Assembly: GCA_043228905.1 (NCBI GenBank)
Contig: JBHGNT010000007.1
Coordinates: forward strand, 7,378,001 to 7,442,000
Reading direction: 5' to 3'
Source: Azolla caroliniana
Taxonomy: Eukaryota; Plantae; Polypodiophyta
Length of the DNA stretch: 64,000 bases
In this document: piece after piece, positions 60,946 through 64,000 of the stretch
Numbering within the stretch: position 1 is the stretch's first letter
Layout of the letters: every line of letters begins with the position of its first letter
Program-made: the position numbers and the translations under genes
The notes under the pieces: model-generated
The model's input: the letters and a program-made list of their open reading frames with translations, nothing else
Told to the model about the DNA's origin: nothing
The model's database searches: none

Positions 60946-63653
60946 CAGTAGACATTCGGTTAAGTGTGCACTTTGAACGCAAGGAAGAAGTGTGCACTTA
61001 ACCGAGCCCCACACTTAGGGCTTTTTAAGTCAAAAACAAATTCCCCCAATTTTTTCCCTCTCTTCTCTTTAGCAAAAAGCGTAGCCCAACCAACCATCAC
61101 AGAGACCCTCTCTTCTTCCATAATCAACCCATTGGTGCTCCTAGTGCTACTCCAATCCACGTTCTTGCTCCTAAATTCATCTTTAGGTATGTATTTTCTT
61201 TCCTGTCTGTTTTTTGTGTCTCTTTCTTGTGAATGAATATGAGAGAAGGAAGAGAAGAGAGGTTCTAAATTTGTGACCAATTTAGATGGTAATGTGTTAA
61301 TTATTTAGAAATTATGCACAATTTCTTTAGTTTGATATCCACATATTTTGTTGTGGCTGATATGGCATGTGGTTTAGGAGAAATAATCCACATATTTGGC
61401 TAAATTAGGGTAAGAAAAATATCTATAAGTAGGGTTTTGAATCCACTCAGACCCATGCCCAACCTATTTAATGGTAACATTGGAACATCTAAGTTCAATT
61501 CATGATGCATTTCATAACATTAGTTTTTCTCCAAAGCAAAGTTTCAACGAAATTAGGTCAAGATTGTGTCCACATCCTAACATGTGTGCCTCCTTGATGT
61601 ATAATACTCCAACTTAATTGGAGAAGACCCAATTCATTCGTCTAGGAATTTTAAGTTATTTGTGCCTTCAATAAGGTTGTATGCATTAAATGTCAAAGAG
61701 TTTAAACCTTTAAAAGGTTTTGTACATCTAAACTTGATTGGTAGGGAACGAAATATTGAGGTGAATTTAGCTAATTAGCATTGCATATTATAGAGATGAA
61801 TTTAACCCATAAGCGAGGTGTTGGATTTCGTTTGAATGATGAACAAAGGCTACAAATTTTAGATTTAGTGGAACAACCATCATCTCCTTCTCTTCGTAAC
61901 ATAGGTAAACAATTTGGTGTAAGTGAATCCACTATTAGAAGTTTGATCAAGAAGAAAGATGAGATACGATTGTGTGCTCAACAAAAAGATCACAATGCAA
62001 GAAAAAAAACTTTCAGAGGATCAAAAGGAAAATATCCTGAATTAGAGGAACGCTTGTATGCGTGGATTGATGCATATCGTCGATTGTCAATTGTATTGCC
62101 TCCATCTGTTATTATGGAGAAGGCTCGACGATTGGCATCAGAAATGAATATTTTTGACAATGACTTCAAAGCAACATGGGGCTGGTTTAGGAAATTTCGT
62201 CATCGTCAATGTTTGAATACTATTAATTTATATGGTGAAGGAGGGGCAGTTGATAGAAATGACCCTGAATTGTTGGCTTCTTTGGAAAGGCTTTATCCTA
62301 TAGTCAATGAGTATGATCCTAACAATGTTTACAATATGGATGAAACTGGTTTGTTTTTTCGATTAACTCCAAGATACACAGTGATTTTGCCTAGTGAAGA
62401 TCCGACAACAATTCGAGGTAAGAGAAAATTGTTAGATAGAATTACCTTAGTTGTTTGTTGTAATGCAACTGGAACTGAAAAAGTTCCAATTACTATGATT
62501 GGAAAGCCTAAGGAACCAGCTTGTATTGTTGGAAATTCATGGCGATTGCCTTATGTAGCACAAAGAAATGCTTGGATTGATATCCCTTGCTTTAATAAGT
62601 GGTTTGATCAAGTGTTTGTGCCATTTGTTCGTTCTCGAACTAATCACAAAGTGCTTTTAATCCTTGATAATGCGCATGGTCATGCCGAAGCTTTAAAAAG
62701 AGGTATAAATACCATTTGATAAGAGAAATCTTGGCATATCATGATAGTCCAGATTATGTTAAGATTCGTTTGGAAGATGTCGCTAAATGTATGAGAAGAG
62801 GCTCTATTGGTTTAGCTTTTGGAAAGTCGCCACGTTTGCTAGATGTCGCGAATCTCATTGTTACTGCTTGGAATGAGATCAAGCAAGAGACAATTTTTAA
62901 TTGCTATAGAAAGGCAGATATTATTCCATCATTTCGTGTTAATGATGTTGATTCAGAAGACGGTGAAATGGAAGATCAATGGATTGATGATCTTGTTGCT
63001 TTGCTATGTAATTGCAATTTGCTTGAAAATGCACATGTAGAAGAAATTCGAGATGAGATCATGGAATGTGTAAATGCAGATTCAAATGAATCAGAAAAAC
63101 TTAATCAAAATCTCCTTGAAGAGATTGAGGAAGTTATAACACAAGCTTCCAATGCCAATGAACCACTTGCATATGATGAAAACAATTCAGATTCTGAGTT
63201 TGTTGAGATTCAAGACATGCATGGATGCTTAAAGGAAGAAGATGTGATTATTCCTGAACTCTTGAAAGATATTGTTGATTGTGAACTCAAGCTAAATTCA
63301 ATCACAACAACTACTTACTTGAGTTCCGAAAAATCAAAGCAAGTACAATCAGCTTTATCAAGTGCTTGTTGAATCATCCAAGAAACAAATTCTGCCATTG
63401 TTTCTAAGCGTATCGTTAAAAGTGGGCAAATGATCTTACGTGATTTTGGTATGAAGTAGAGAAAGACTGAAAATCATATTTTTTTTGATCATTTTGTTGT
63501 TTTCTAAATGTTTGGAACAAATTTCTATTTGGTCTAATGTAATTTCATCCGGAAATAATGGAATTTCTTTGAACTGGATTTTGACCTCTAAAAAAATCGC
63601 ACTTAATAGAGTGGTTTACTTAAGTGGACACACACTTAAACGAATGTTTACTG
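60946..63653 (+). mobile_element. pogo/Tigger-like (Tc1/mariner) DNA transposon
   Basis: TIRs CAGTAGACATTCGGTTAAGTGTG / CACACTTAAACGAATGTTTACTG; TA target duplication on both sides. Confidence 0.93.
61796..63372 (+). pseudogene. pogo transposase (HTH, CENP-B-like HTH, DDE_1) with an internal deletion and frameshift
   Basis: YPELEERL, GWFRKFR, YNMDETGLF, LILDNA..H. The LPPNTT..QPLD segment is missing at about 62690, where the frame changes. Confidence 0.88.
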
Positions 63654-64000
63654 TATATATGATGAATGATCTTTAATGTTTCATAAAATGATATCCCATG
63701 CTTTTACGCCTCTATGATCCATTTATTGTGAAAAATTCACCAAAATTTGCTCCATGAGAGAATCAAAGTGAGGTTGAAGCAAAAGAGAAGAGTTAAAGCA
63801 TAATGGAGGCATTCCAAGCAAGGATTTATGCATGTCAATTGCATGACTACAAACCTCCAAACAAATAGGGAAGTGATATGAAGTTCCCACATCTTGTAGA
63901 ACTGTCATACAAAGTAATGTTGATAAAAAAGAATCATTGTGTGTCACGTACATTCTATCTAACCGACTCCATGTATTTCTATGTTGAGCATATTAGAAGG

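Larger units (their letters stand above)
58990..64000 (-). mobile_element. Decayed L1-type LINE ORF2, split by the pogo-like transposon
   Basis: AWKVGLIKLVPK…WRPISL, YKIFTKVLANRL, WNHLATPKCLGG, CFFC..EDSTHCF..C; APE tail SYHFPICL at 63723-63953; internal duplication of about 111 bp at 60015-60240. Confidence 0.8.

Overview
Eukaryotic, transposon-dense, (GA)n-rich plant DNA. It is probably a fern or other non-seed plant; this is inferred from the Tcn1-like chromoviruses, the Penelope-like element and the gene style. There is one intact host gene: a 13-coding-exon ubinuclein (UBN/HPC2-type HIRA-complex subunit) on the minus strand (CDS 21491-28082, 817 aa when spliced by hand). The rest is mostly nested mobile DNA: a multi-layer LTR nest at 5.5-18.9 kb; a Copia interrupted by a hammerhead-ribozyme-bearing Penelope-like element and two nested chromoviruses at 30-49 kb; solo LTRs; decayed LINEs; and a pogo/Tigger-like transposon. 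The most notable signals are not visible in the ORF track. (1) A decayed, intron-containing, prokaryote-type beta-class N4C/N6A DNA methyltransferase gene (about 55.85-57.6 kb), readable only after removing a solo LTR and splicing, lies in an insert that splits a LINE. (2) An antisense tRNA-like A-box/B-box (Pol III) module sits at the start of U3 in four different chromovirus-type LTRs. (3) Both full chromoviruses have tRNA-independent self-priming sites with compensatory changes and a -1 frameshift signal. (4) The Penelope-like element carries a minimal hammerhead ribozyme and has a microhomology 3' junction. All assignments were made by eye from motifs; no database searches were run.
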